Below, piece after piece: positions 1-8,717 of a DNA stretch of 63,957 bases. The notes beneath the pieces are model-generated. The model worked only from the letters and a program-made list of their open reading frames with translations, had not been told where the DNA came from and ran no database searches. The first letter of the stretch is position 1; every line of letters starts with the position of its first letter. The stretch is taken from NCBI GenBank assembly GCA_037131145.1, contig JBAXRP010000002.1:1-63957 (forward strand), read 5' to 3'. Source of the stretch: Bacteroidota bacterium (GTDB lineage: Bacteria > Bacteroidota > Bacteroidia > Bacteroidales > FEN-979). A program made the translations under genes and the position numbers.

Positions 1-71
1 CCGAAGGGATGACATGATTGTAGATTGAAAAGATTGAGTTTGAAACAGAATCCCGTAGGGATGACATGATT
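1..71. repeat. 19-bp direct repeat pair (1 mismatch) at 52-bp spacing
   Basis: CCGAAGGGATGACATGATT at 1-19 and CCGTAGGGATGACATGATT at 53-71. The first copy abuts the window edge. Confidence 0.8.
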
Positions 72-162
72 ATCGAAAGAGATTTAATTAGCCTTAATAA
101 CGATCGGCTTGATTAAAGCAAATTAGCAGTTTAAAAAAATCAGCAGCCAACCAATTATTCAA

Positions 163-170
163 TATATTTG
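163..170 (+). promoter_or_regulatory. -7 box candidate upstream of the DUF4136 gene
   Basis: TATATTTG matches TAnnTTTG, ending 21 nt upstream of the ATG at 192. There is no clean -33 TTTG. Confidence 0.3.
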
Positions 171-191
171 CACCAACAAACCTAAAACACT

Positions 192-821
192 ATGAAAACA
201 AAACTGATCCTTCTTTTGCTTGGCGCAGGACTTTTCCTGGCATCATGTACGAAATACCCGCCATCATCAGACCGGTTGCTCGAAGATTTGGTAATCTACA
301 CCAAATATGATACATCGGTTGATTTAACAAAATTCACTTATTTTTACATGAGCGACTCCATCGCAATCATTTCTGACAAAGACAGTGGAATGAAAACCAG
401 CGCCGACATACAGGCGCTTACTGCGCGGATTTCACAAAACATGACGAGCAGGGGGTACCAAAGAACTGCCGATGCGAAAACCGCTGATCTTTATATCGGA
501 GTTTCATATATTAAAAATGTCAATATCAATGTTTACTATCCCGGTTGGTACTGGGGTTATCCGGGTTATTACCCTCCCAATTACTGGGGCGGCGGCGGAT
601 ATTATTATCCCTATTATCCTGCCTACATTACCACCTATTCCACAGGGACAATCCTTATAGATATGATGGATGTTAAACATCCAACTACGGATAAAAAAAT
701 TCCTGTTCGCTGGAATGCTTATATCCGCGGGCTGCTTACAGGAGATCACACTACTGCTCAGATAGAGCAATGCATTGATCAGGCATTTAAGCAAACAACT
801 GGTTTTCCGGTTCAACATTAA
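192..821 (+). CDS. DUF4136-like lipoprotein
   Basis: ATG ORF with lipoprotein signal MKTKLILLLLGAGLFLASC. The layout ADLYIGVSY...GTILIDMMDVK...IPVRWNAYIRG resembles DUF4136 lipoproteins. There is a G/Y/P/W-rich loop (YYPGWYWGYPGYYPPNYWGGGGYYYPYYPAY). Confidence 0.6.
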   Translation: MKTKLILLLLGAGLFLASCTKYPPSSDRLLEDLVIYTKYDTSVDLTKFTYFYMSDSIAIISDKDSGMKTSADIQALTARISQNMTSRGYQRTADAKTADLYIGVSYIKNVNINVYYPGWYWGYPGYYPPNYWGGGGYYYPYYPAYITTYSTGTILIDMMDVKHPTTDKKIPVRWNAYIRGLLTGDHTTAQIEQCIDQAFKQTTGFPVQH

Positions 822-842
822 TAATATTAAACAAGATTCAAT

Positions 843-1493
843 ATGAAAAAGATATTTATTGCTATTCTTGCGATGGTCATAACTGTAAGCGTCGCTCAGG
901 CACAGGATACACCTTCCTCACTGGGATTCACACCTGGATCCTATTATACATTTTCCTGGAATACCACTTTCACCATGGGTGATTTCAACAAATGGGTTGG
1001 CAATGCCAGTCCTGCGGGTTTTGACCTTGGCGGACGATATTTTATTAAAGGAGGTCTGGTTGCAGGTTTCAACATTTTATGGCAGCGCGTAAGCCAGAGT
1101 TATGGTTATGAGACATATTATGGCGAAGATGGCGGGGCAATAACGGCAACCAACTACCGGTTTACCTGGATGGTGCCATTTCAGGGAGTCATTGCTTATC
1201 ATATTATGCCGGGGAAAATGGTCTCTCCATATATCGGTCTTGGCATCGGCGGCGACTATATGGAACATCACCTGATGATTCAGGAATATGACATCTATAA
1301 AACCCGCTGGGACTTCTCTCTTACGCCAGAAGTTGGAGCCCTCATTAAATTTGGAAACTATTCAAGCTGGGGCGCCTTGGTTGCATTTAATTACAAATGG
1401 ACCACAAATAAAATTGAATTTGCCAACAACTGGGCTTCCAAAAATCTTCAGATGCTCAATTTGAAAGTCGGACTGGTTCTAATTGTTCGTTAA
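843..1493 (+). CDS. outer-membrane beta-barrel protein (porin-family-like)
   Basis: ATG ORF 21 nt after the preceding gene. Signal peptide MKKIFIAILAMVITVSVAQA, alternating hydrophobic beta-strand pattern, aromatic-rich C-terminal strand. Confidence 0.6.
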   Translation: MKKIFIAILAMVITVSVAQAQDTPSSLGFTPGSYYTFSWNTTFTMGDFNKWVGNASPAGFDLGGRYFIKGGLVAGFNILWQRVSQSYGYETYYGEDGGAITATNYRFTWMVPFQGVIAYHIMPGKMVSPYIGLGIGGDYMEHHLMIQEYDIYKTRWDFSLTPEVGALIKFGNYSSWGALVAFNYKWTTNKIEFANNWASKNLQMLNLKVGLVLIVR

Positions 1494-1534
1494 TTTAAAC
1501 CACAATTGCCTCATTTGAATACCTAAGAAAAGCT

Positions 1535-1816
1535 ATGTTCAAAACAAATGAATATTTCGACGGAAAGGTAAAATCCATTGCCTTCACCACGCCTGACGGA
1601 CCTGCAACAATGGGAGTTATGGCGCCGGGTGATTATGAATTTGGGACTTCAACGGTTGAATACATGACTGTAATTTCGGGAGTTATGGAAGTTCAACTTC
1701 CCGACCAAACGGAATGGAAATATTATAACCCGTTTGATACTTTCATAGTGCCTAAGGATAAAAAATTCAAGCTGAGGATAGCTGCTGATGCGGCTTATCT
1801 TTGTCTGTATCGCTAG
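1535..1816 (+). CDS. ppnP: pyrimidine/purine nucleoside phosphorylase PpnP (YaiE/DUF1255 family)
   Basis: 93 aa. Full-length similarity in pattern to YaiE/PpnP: MFKTNEYFDGKVKSI...GDYEFGT...E.M.VISG...V.LP. Confidence 0.85.
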   Translation: MFKTNEYFDGKVKSIAFTTPDGPATMGVMAPGDYEFGTSTVEYMTVISGVMEVQLPDQTEWKYYNPFDTFIVPKDKKFKLRIAADAAYLCLYR

Positions 1817-1846
1817 CCTCCGCCTATGAGCCGCAGGCTTTGGCTT

Positions 1847-2629
1847 TTAAAAGTGAAATCCGAACTGAATTGAGTATCTGAATCCGGGGCTTAATTGCAG
1901 TTTATAGCCTGTGTATCGGAGTACTTCCCCGCTGAAAAGGGTCCCTATAATTGGAAATCTTTCAATTAGTTTATTGATTATCTCTTTATCAATATCGCTG
2001 ATCTTGCTTTCGTCCAAATCGCCATCAAGTCGAAAGTCGGCAGAAATCATGCTCAGCGATGGACCAAACAAAAGAAGGTCGAGAGAAATCCGTTTCCAGA
2101 AAATAAATTGGTAGCCAAGACTCAGCCCAAGGTTGGCGATATTGAAATCTCCTCTCAGACTTGCATGAGCGTCAGTATTGGTATTCAACACATCAAGCCC
2201 GTTTTTGAAGTGAAACCCATAATAGGAAAGGTAGGGTCCCAGATAAAGTCCGTCGGGAGCGGGTCGCCTGTTTCGTTTTCCAGGATAAAAACGGTATTCA
2301 ACAAGGAAATTCATTCCCCATTTCTGATGGCTTGAGATTGAAACAAGGTGAAGAATAGTATCTTTAAAAAGCGCGGGAAATTCAAGATACCCCAGTTGAA
2401 TAACGAGAGATTGGTTGTGATTTAATACCCTTTCATAACTAAAAGTAATATTCCTTAAACTTGTCCAGATAAGCATCGGAGTTGGATTGAATTTGATCAC
2501 ATTCCGATGGTATGGCTTCAGTGAAATCTGCTTTCTATTTTCATTTCCGGCAAACGTGACCGAGTCCTGAGCGTAAACCGACAACGAAATCAGCCAGAGT
2601 ATTATCAACGAAATACAACAATGTTTCAT
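1847..2629 (-). CDS. putative outer-membrane protein (secreted, beta-rich)
   Basis: The ORF-track start at 2638 is TTG. The ATG at 2629 gives signal MKHCCISLIILWLISLSVYAQ. Beta-strand-like composition ending in ...SIQFGFHF (aromatic terminus typical of OM barrels). Confidence 0.5.
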   Translation of the reverse strand: MKHCCISLIILWLISLSVYAQDSVTFAGNENRKQISLKPYHRNVIKFNPTPMLIWTSLRNITFSYERVLNHNQSLVIQLGYLEFPALFKDTILHLVSISSHQKWGMNFLVEYRFYPGKRNRRPAPDGLYLGPYLSYYGFHFKNGLDVLNTNTDAHASLRGDFNIANLGLSLGYQFIFWKRISLDLLLFGPSLSMISADFRLDGDLDESKISDIDKEIINKLIERFPIIGTLFSGEVLRYTGYKLQLSPGFRYSIQFGFHF

Positions 2630-2667
2630 AGTCCTCAATATTTGTTTATTAACGCGATAATGGCTGG

Positions 2668-5046
2668 TTATCTTCTTCCTCCCCTCATTCCGCCGCCGCC
2701 GCCGCCGCCGCCAAAATTACCGCGATTTCCTCCGCTGCTGCGCTGAAAATTGGCGTTGTTAATCTGGTTTTGAGCTCCTCTGTCGCGCTGCTGACTTTGG
2801 CGATCCATCTGCTGGCGGTCAAACCCTGAAGATTCGCGAGTTGAAGGCGATTGTCTTGTATCGGCTGGTCTTGTTGAAGGAGAAGTGGGATTGCCCGGTT
2901 TCACCGACGATGACGACCGGTCAGCCTGCTGCCAGTTTTTTCCTGTATTCTGTTCCCATTTGTTCCCGTCGTTACGGTAAACATTTCCGGTGCGGTCGGT
3001 ATAAACATTGTTTTTTGTACCCTGCGACCTCGTTGCGCGATTAACCTGACCTGCCTGCACATCACGCGAAGGACTCTGTCCGGCGCCTGCTCGCGACCCA
3101 GGTTGTTTGGTAGGCTTTGTTGACGGAAATGTTCCCGCTGTTCCGGGTTGTCTGTTCGCCGGGTTGGCTACCGGCTGTACGCCGCGGTTATGGTTGTTGT
3201 AAATGCTGTTCTGGTTAAAATTATTCCGGTTGTAATTATTTACGGTGATATTCGTATTCCGCACATAAACCGGACCTCTGCCGTAGTAATGGTTGTATGT
3301 CATTGCATAAGGTGGGCGATACATGGGTGGTCCCCACCAGCCGCCATGGTACATCGGACTTCCAAAGCCAACATGGAAGCATTGGTATGAAACCCCAAAG
3401 CCCATGCTCCAGCCAGTCCATGGATTGTAGTTCATGCTGAAACCCCAGGTAACAGGTCGTGGATAATAGTAGGAGCCATACCAGCCGGGATAAGGATAAC
3501 CGGAGCCGTAAACAACAGTTGGTCCGTAAACATAGCATCCCATATAACCGGGCACATATCCCATGTAAACCACTGTTGGCTGAACATCATAAATGTAAAC
3601 ATACTTCACATTATAGGCAGGATCTTCGGGCGGTATTTTCTGAATTTCAGCCGGCAGCTCTGTCGCAACAGCCCAGGGTCCATCCGGTGCGGCTCCCGTA
3701 AACCATACAGCGTTCTCGCATACGTAGTAAGTTTTGTTCGACAAAATCACAGTTGAACTGGTGTTGGCGCCGCGATAGAGCAGAGTTCCTTTGATTTGTT
3801 CAAACTTTGGATCGCCGTCATATTTTACTGTGCAGGTGGCAGTTTTTCTGTCAACTGCCGCTGTTTGCGGAATCTGAGCGTCCATCACAGCCTCCTTTGC
3901 CGCATCCGTTCCTGCAACAGAAGCGAGTACAACGTCTTTATCCGACCCTTCCGGGATCTTTGTGAAATCGGCTGGCAATTTATCTGAAGCATTGAACGTC
4001 CAGGGACCAGTCATTGCAAGAGAAGAATACCACCTCCCGGATATCAGGATGTAGTACAACTGCTTGTCAATGGACATGAATATATTGTTGTCTGTATTGG
4101 TCATGTACAGCAGTTGCGTTCCTTGAATGGGCGCGAAATCGGGCTTGCCATCCGACTGTAAAAGTTCAGATGGTTTAGTCCTTACTATGATTTGTGGAAT
4201 CACTATTTGCTCTTTTGCCTGATCCTTTGATTGCGCCGCAGGTTTAGGTTCAGCGATTGTATCATTGCCCTGCATATCTTTTTGAAGTTTTCTGATTTCT
4301 GCCGGAGGATCCTTAACAGCAGTCCAGTCGCCCTTTAATACATCCCTTGTTTTGAACCAGTAGGTATTGCCGTAAAGGTAATATTGCTGGTCTCTGGGGT
4401 ATTGCACGACGAAAAAAGGGGTGTTGACAGCGCGCATAACGCCGGATTTGTCATGGGTTTTGAAGGAAGGTTCCCCGTCAAACATTACGAGAATCGTCGG
4501 TTTTGTCATAAAGATGATCTCCGGCGGGGTATTGTCGTAATTGGAGGTTTGTTTGATTACCGAGGCATTCTCCTTTAATGTTACCGTTAATTCATCAATG
4601 GTTGAATTGATTTCCCATTTCGGAATTTCCGTTTCAAGCAGATTCCTGAAAGCTTCTATCTTTTCTTTAGGGATAGAATCCTGACCGGGAAACCTGACAT
4701 TAAGAATAGTTGCATTCACCAGAATAATCTGACGCGTTTCGCGATCGGCGCTAATCGTAGTCATTACCCAGATGGCGCCAAAAACGGGGGATTCGCCTGT
4801 TTTTATTATCTGGACGGCTGCCCTTGCATAGAGTTTATTCCCAATTAGTGAATCAGGCTGCGGTTGATAGATGATTATCCTTCGATTGGCAGTATTGATC
4901 TCTTTGGGCCAGGAACTACTCACATTGGAAGCATTATCAGATGTGGATTTTTTTGCCGCATTCTGGCAAGCGCCCGACAATGTCAAATATGTAATAAGAA
5001 AGCAAGTACATGCAAGCCCCATGACGGGTAAAACCATCTTTCTCAT
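2668..5046 (-). CDS. large secreted or lipoprotein repeat protein with aromatic-rich block and N/Q/R/G-rich disordered tail (function unknown)
   Basis: 792-aa ATG ORF. N-terminal signal with LSGAC lipobox-like site. Three ~60-aa internal repeats (DG.P.F..I.GT.L.Y..NT....YY......W......GPW) at aa ~180-245, 289-352 and 403-462. Y/W/G/P-rich block at aa ~480-600. Low-complexity tail at aa ~600-792 ending GGGGGGGGMRGGRR. Confidence 0.75.
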   Translation of the reverse strand: MRKMVLPVMGLACTCFLITYLTLSGACQNAAKKSTSDNASNVSSSWPKEINTANRRIIIYQPQPDSLIGNKLYARAAVQIIKTGESPVFGAIWVMTTISADRETRQIILVNATILNVRFPGQDSIPKEKIEAFRNLLETEIPKWEINSTIDELTVTLKENASVIKQTSNYDNTPPEIIFMTKPTILVMFDGEPSFKTHDKSGVMRAVNTPFFVVQYPRDQQYYLYGNTYWFKTRDVLKGDWTAVKDPPAEIRKLQKDMQGNDTIAEPKPAAQSKDQAKEQIVIPQIIVRTKPSELLQSDGKPDFAPIQGTQLLYMTNTDNNIFMSIDKQLYYILISGRWYSSLAMTGPWTFNASDKLPADFTKIPEGSDKDVVLASVAGTDAAKEAVMDAQIPQTAAVDRKTATCTVKYDGDPKFEQIKGTLLYRGANTSSTVILSNKTYYVCENAVWFTGAAPDGPWAVATELPAEIQKIPPEDPAYNVKYVYIYDVQPTVVYMGYVPGYMGCYVYGPTVVYGSGYPYPGWYGSYYYPRPVTWGFSMNYNPWTGWSMGFGVSYQCFHVGFGSPMYHGGWWGPPMYRPPYAMTYNHYYGRGPVYVRNTNITVNNYNRNNFNQNSIYNNHNRGVQPVANPANRQPGTAGTFPSTKPTKQPGSRAGAGQSPSRDVQAGQVNRATRSQGTKNNVYTDRTGNVYRNDGNKWEQNTGKNWQQADRSSSSVKPGNPTSPSTRPADTRQSPSTRESSGFDRQQMDRQSQQRDRGAQNQINNANFQRSSGGNRGNFGGGGGGGGMRGGRR
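2690..2712. repeat. (CCG)7 trinucleotide microsatellite inside a CDS
   Basis: The CCGCCGCCG... run encodes the poly-Gly run (8 Gly) near the C-terminus of the 792-aa protein. Confidence 0.9.
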
Positions 5047-5064
5047 GTTACCGAACTATTGAAA

Positions 5065-5694
5065 TTAATATTGAATTACATTGCCCAGCCGGAAAATCAA
5101 TCCCCCTGTAAATCCAAACTGAAACAGAGACGAGTAAACGGAAACGCCGCCGCCTGAACCTCCTGAACCTGCGAAAAAAGAAAAACCTGACCCCTGAATT
5201 GGCATGAAAGCCTGGGCTTGAAGACGAAAACCAACTCTTTTACTGAGATAGAACTTGGCTCCGCCATTCAGCCCCATCGAGAAAAACCACTCTTCCTGAT
5301 AATTCTCCTTTGGATAAAACAGGCTGGCGCCAAGATTTAATCCAACGAAAGGTGAAACCATCTGATTTATTCTGAAATTTTTTGTAAATCCAACATGCAT
5401 ATAATTGATACTCAGTGGAACCTGCCAGATGTTACCTCCTATAATATTGTATGAATTGACGTCGGCTTTGGTGTCACTACGGTTGTATATCAGGTCCACG
5501 TCCATTACGCGGCTAACGGCGATACTAATCATCCCGCCATACTGGGCATTTCCGTTGAAACGGATTTCACCGCCATTGGCATTCATTGTGCCTGGAAAAA
5601 CATACCCGCCAAATGGGGTAACCTCAACGGCTTGTGCAATTATAACCGTTGAGATGAAAAACATTACGGTAATTAATAAAGAGTTTCTTTTCAT
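5065..5694 (-). CDS. outer-membrane beta-barrel protein
   Basis: The internal ATG at 5694 gives signal MKRNSLLITVMFFISTVIIAQA. The longer ORF (to 5814) would overlap the pyk 3' end. Alternating beta pattern, Gly-rich loop, C-terminal ...LIFRLGNVIQY. Confidence 0.6.
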   Translation of the reverse strand: MKRNSLLITVMFFISTVIIAQAVEVTPFGGYVFPGTMNANGGEIRFNGNAQYGGMISIAVSRVMDVDLIYNRSDTKADVNSYNIIGGNIWQVPLSINYMHVGFTKNFRINQMVSPFVGLNLGASLFYPKENYQEEWFFSMGLNGGAKFYLSKRVGFRLQAQAFMPIQGSGFSFFAGSGGSGGGVSVYSSLFQFGFTGGLIFRLGNVIQY

Positions 5695-5746
5695 AAGGAT
5701 TTTTTTATTTGAATTGGTACAAAGAAAGGAAATTTTACCCGAAAAA

Positions 5747-7168
5747 CTATAACCCGGTTGTATGAATTTTAAGAAAATTGGTTCCGCCAGGTTTATGAGC
5801 CGGGATACCACCAAGAAAAACGATAGTATCTCCGGGACGAATAAGTTTGTGAGATAGGAGGTTGTTCTCAGCCATCAGGAGCATCGCCTCAAAGTTATCG
5901 GGATGTTCATGGATAAGAATCGGTTTGATACCCCATAATAAATTCAAAGCATGATAAACGGCTGTATGTGTTGTGAAGGCATAGATTGGAACGGTGGGTC
6001 TTTCGGTGGCGACAAACTGCGCGCTGCGCCCGCTCGCGGTGAGTACCACAATGCATGCCGGGTTTATAACTTTGGATAAATGATTAGCGGCGGCGCCCAG
6101 CGCAGTCAATGGGGAATGGTCAATATGAGGATAGGTTTTGAAATCAATCTTTGCCTCCACATCAAGAGAAATCCGCGCCATCATTTCCACAGCTTTAACA
6201 GGAAAACTGCCCATCGCTGTTTCACCCGAAAGCATGATAGCATCTGTTCCATCAATAATGGCGTTGGCAACATCGCTGGCTTCAGCCCTCGTGGGACGAG
6301 GTTCATGGATCATGCTTTCGAGCATCTGTGTGGCTGTTATCACAGTTTTTCCGGATCGGTTGCAAAGTTCAATAATTCTCTTTTGTAGCATTGGAACCTT
6401 TTCAGGACTCATTTCAACGCCGAGGTCGCCCCGCGCAACCATAATGCCGTTCACTGCGGCAACGATCTCCTCAAGGCGCTCAATTGCCTGCGGTTTCTCT
6501 ATTTTTGCAATGATGGGCTTTTGAAATCCCTGGTCGTTGATGAGTTTTCTCAGCAAAACAACATCATCAGCCGATCTGACAAAACTGAGCGAAATCCAGT
6601 CCACATTCTGGGAAAGACCAAATTCCAGGTCTTGAATATCCTTTTCAGTCAAGGAGGGAAGCCGAAGATTCAGGTTTGGGAAATTGACCCCTTTGCGGTC
6701 GGTCAGGCAACCGCCTTCAATAACGCGGCACTTCACATCTTTTCCGGTTATTTCTGTCACCTCCAGCTCAAATAGTCCGTCGGCAAGCAATACCTGCATA
6801 CCTGGCTTTGCCTCCTCCGAAACGTAAGAGTAGTCAATGGGAATAGTTGCCGGAGCGCCTGTAAACTCCGATTCCGGCAGCAGAGTCACAATCTGTCCTT
6901 GAACAATATCAATCTTGCCACCCGGAAGTTTGCCAACCCTGATCTTGGGACCCTGAAGGTCCTGGAGAATAGTTATCGGCATGGAAAGTTCATCCGAAAT
7001 ATTTCGGAGCGATTGGATTACTGCGGCATGATCCTCATAATTTCCATGAGAGAAATTCAGTCGGGCTACATCCATTCCCGCTGAAATCAGTTGCCGGATC
7101 ATTTCCGGACTGCTGCTGGCAGGTCCGATTGTAGCTACGATTTTAGTGCGACGAAATTGTTTGTTCAT
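5747..7168 (-). CDS. pyk: pyruvate kinase
   Basis: 473 aa. Canonical motifs RRTKIVATIGPAS, ARLNFSHG, MVARGDLGVE, TQMLESM. Confidence 0.95.
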   Translation of the reverse strand: MNKQFRRTKIVATIGPASSSPEMIRQLISAGMDVARLNFSHGNYEDHAAVIQSLRNISDELSMPITILQDLQGPKIRVGKLPGGKIDIVQGQIVTLLPESEFTGAPATIPIDYSYVSEEAKPGMQVLLADGLFELEVTEITGKDVKCRVIEGGCLTDRKGVNFPNLNLRLPSLTEKDIQDLEFGLSQNVDWISLSFVRSADDVVLLRKLINDQGFQKPIIAKIEKPQAIERLEEIVAAVNGIMVARGDLGVEMSPEKVPMLQKRIIELCNRSGKTVITATQMLESMIHEPRPTRAEASDVANAIIDGTDAIMLSGETAMGSFPVKAVEMMARISLDVEAKIDFKTYPHIDHSPLTALGAAANHLSKVINPACIVVLTASGRSAQFVATERPTVPIYAFTTHTAVYHALNLLWGIKPILIHEHPDNFEAMLLMAENNLLSHKLIRPGDTIVFLGGIPAHKPGGTNFLKIHTTGL

Positions 7169-7198
7169 TAGTTTATTTATTAAATCTTAGTTTCCATA

Positions 7199-7218
7199 TC
7201 CCCGACCTAAAGGTCGGG
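7199..7218 (-). terminator. GC-rich hairpin after the MBL/beta-CASP gene
   Basis: Perfect 8-bp stem CCCCGACC/GGTCGGGG with a 4-nt loop, 14 nt after the stop at 7232. There is no clear U-tract, so it may be an RNA-stability hairpin rather than a terminator. Confidence 0.4.
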
Positions 7219-7231
7219 GCAATTCAAGTGT

Positions 7232-8623
7232 CTAAATTGATATAGTTTCTCCATATTCAGGAAGAGCCGGCTGAATTCCGTAGCGGTGCGTGAGAATACC
7301 CGACAGCGTTTCACGAGCTACATCTTCACCATGTGTAAGTACAATTCGCGGACGAGCCGGAGCAAGCGAATTAAACCATTTAAGCAATTCGGACTGACCT
7401 GCATGCGCGCTGAATCCGCCGAGTTTATGAATGGCAGCCCTTACGGCAATCCTCTCTCCGAAAATCTTTACAGTTTTTTCATCATTAACCAGTTTTCGAC
7501 CAAGCGTTCCGGCAGCCTGGTAACCTACAATCAACACAGAAGTTTCGGGTTTCCACAGGTTGTGCCGCAGGTGATGTTGAATACGACCGGCGTTACACAT
7601 TCCCGAGCCTGCAATGATCATACAGGGACCTTTAATATCGTTCAATGCTTTTGATTCTTCAGCGCTTTGGGTGGGGCGAATATATCCTTTATCGCGTTCC
7701 ATTTCCCCGCTTTTTAGAAACTCCAGCATCTCATCATCAAACAACTCGGGATGATCCATATATATTCTCGAAGCTTCAATTGCCATCGGGCTATCAATAT
7801 AAATCGGAAACCTCGGCAGCCCGCCTTGCCTGAAAGCCTGCTCTATGTAATAAAGAACATCCTGGGTACGCCCAATTGCAAAGGAAGGCACGAGTATCTT
7901 TCCTTTTTTATGCAGCGCCTCCCGGATAATGTCAATTGCCTCATTTATGGTATCCTGCAACGGTTTGTGATCGCGGTCGCCATAAGTTGATTCCATGATA
8001 ACCATATCGGCTTCATGAAATGTTTCGGGATCGCGAACAATTGGCATTCCTTTGGCGCCAACATCGCCCGAAAAAATCACCGATTTCTTTTTCTTTTCTT
8101 CAAAAATAGTGAGTTTTAACGTTCCCGATCCAAGGATATGACCGGCTTCTCTGACAATAATTTCCATGCCTGGAGCAACAATCAGCGGTTGATGATAAAC
8201 CATCGGCTTTAACAAGCTGATAGCCTCTTCCACATCCTGTTCATCATAAAGCGGTTCAAACTTAGGTTTTCCCAGCCTTACCAGCATCCGGTTCAGTTTT
8301 TCAAGGTCAGAATTCTGAACTTTAAGCGAATCGCGTAAAACAAGAGCAACGAGGTCCATGGTGGCTGGCGTGGCAAAAACCGGTCCCGAATAACCTGCCT
8401 TTATAGCGAGAGGCAATCTTCCGCAATGGTCAAGATGGGCGTGGGTGAGCACAATGGCGTCGAGGTTTCTATAATCAACTGGCGGCGGTTTTTTGTTCAT
8501 CGTTTCTGATTGCTTGTTTCCCTGGAACATTCCGCAATCAATCAGAATCCGGGCGGTTTCGGATTCGCAGAAATAAGAGGCGCCGGTAACGCCGCCCGCA
8601 GCGCCGTAAAAAGTTATCTTCAT
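7232..8623 (-). CDS. MBL-fold metallo-hydrolase, beta-CASP RNA-metabolising family
   Basis: 463 aa. Contains the HxHxDH motif (THAHLDHCG), a beta-CASP-like central region and the C-terminal RNA-specificity segment (FSAHAGQSEL). Confidence 0.85.
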   Translation of the reverse strand: MKITFYGAAGGVTGASYFCESETARILIDCGMFQGNKQSETMNKKPPPVDYRNLDAIVLTHAHLDHCGRLPLAIKAGYSGPVFATPATMDLVALVLRDSLKVQNSDLEKLNRMLVRLGKPKFEPLYDEQDVEEAISLLKPMVYHQPLIVAPGMEIIVREAGHILGSGTLKLTIFEEKKKKSVIFSGDVGAKGMPIVRDPETFHEADMVIMESTYGDRDHKPLQDTINEAIDIIREALHKKGKILVPSFAIGRTQDVLYYIEQAFRQGGLPRFPIYIDSPMAIEASRIYMDHPELFDDEMLEFLKSGEMERDKGYIRPTQSAEESKALNDIKGPCMIIAGSGMCNAGRIQHHLRHNLWKPETSVLIVGYQAAGTLGRKLVNDEKTVKIFGERIAVRAAIHKLGGFSAHAGQSELLKWFNSLAPARPRIVLTHGEDVARETLSGILTHRYGIQPALPEYGETISI

Positions 8624-8717
8624 AATAGCAGTGTGAAAGAAGTTAGTAATTGAGTAGTAAAGATAATATTATTAATGCAAAGGGCGTCATTATTCGATTG
8701 CGCTATTATTCATTCAA

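Noticed and set aside
5695-5814. N-terminal extension of the OM barrel ORF (track start at 5814)
   Set aside because: It would overlap the 3' end of pyk by 68 nt and would bury the signal peptide. The internal ATG at 5694 gives a canonical signal sequence.
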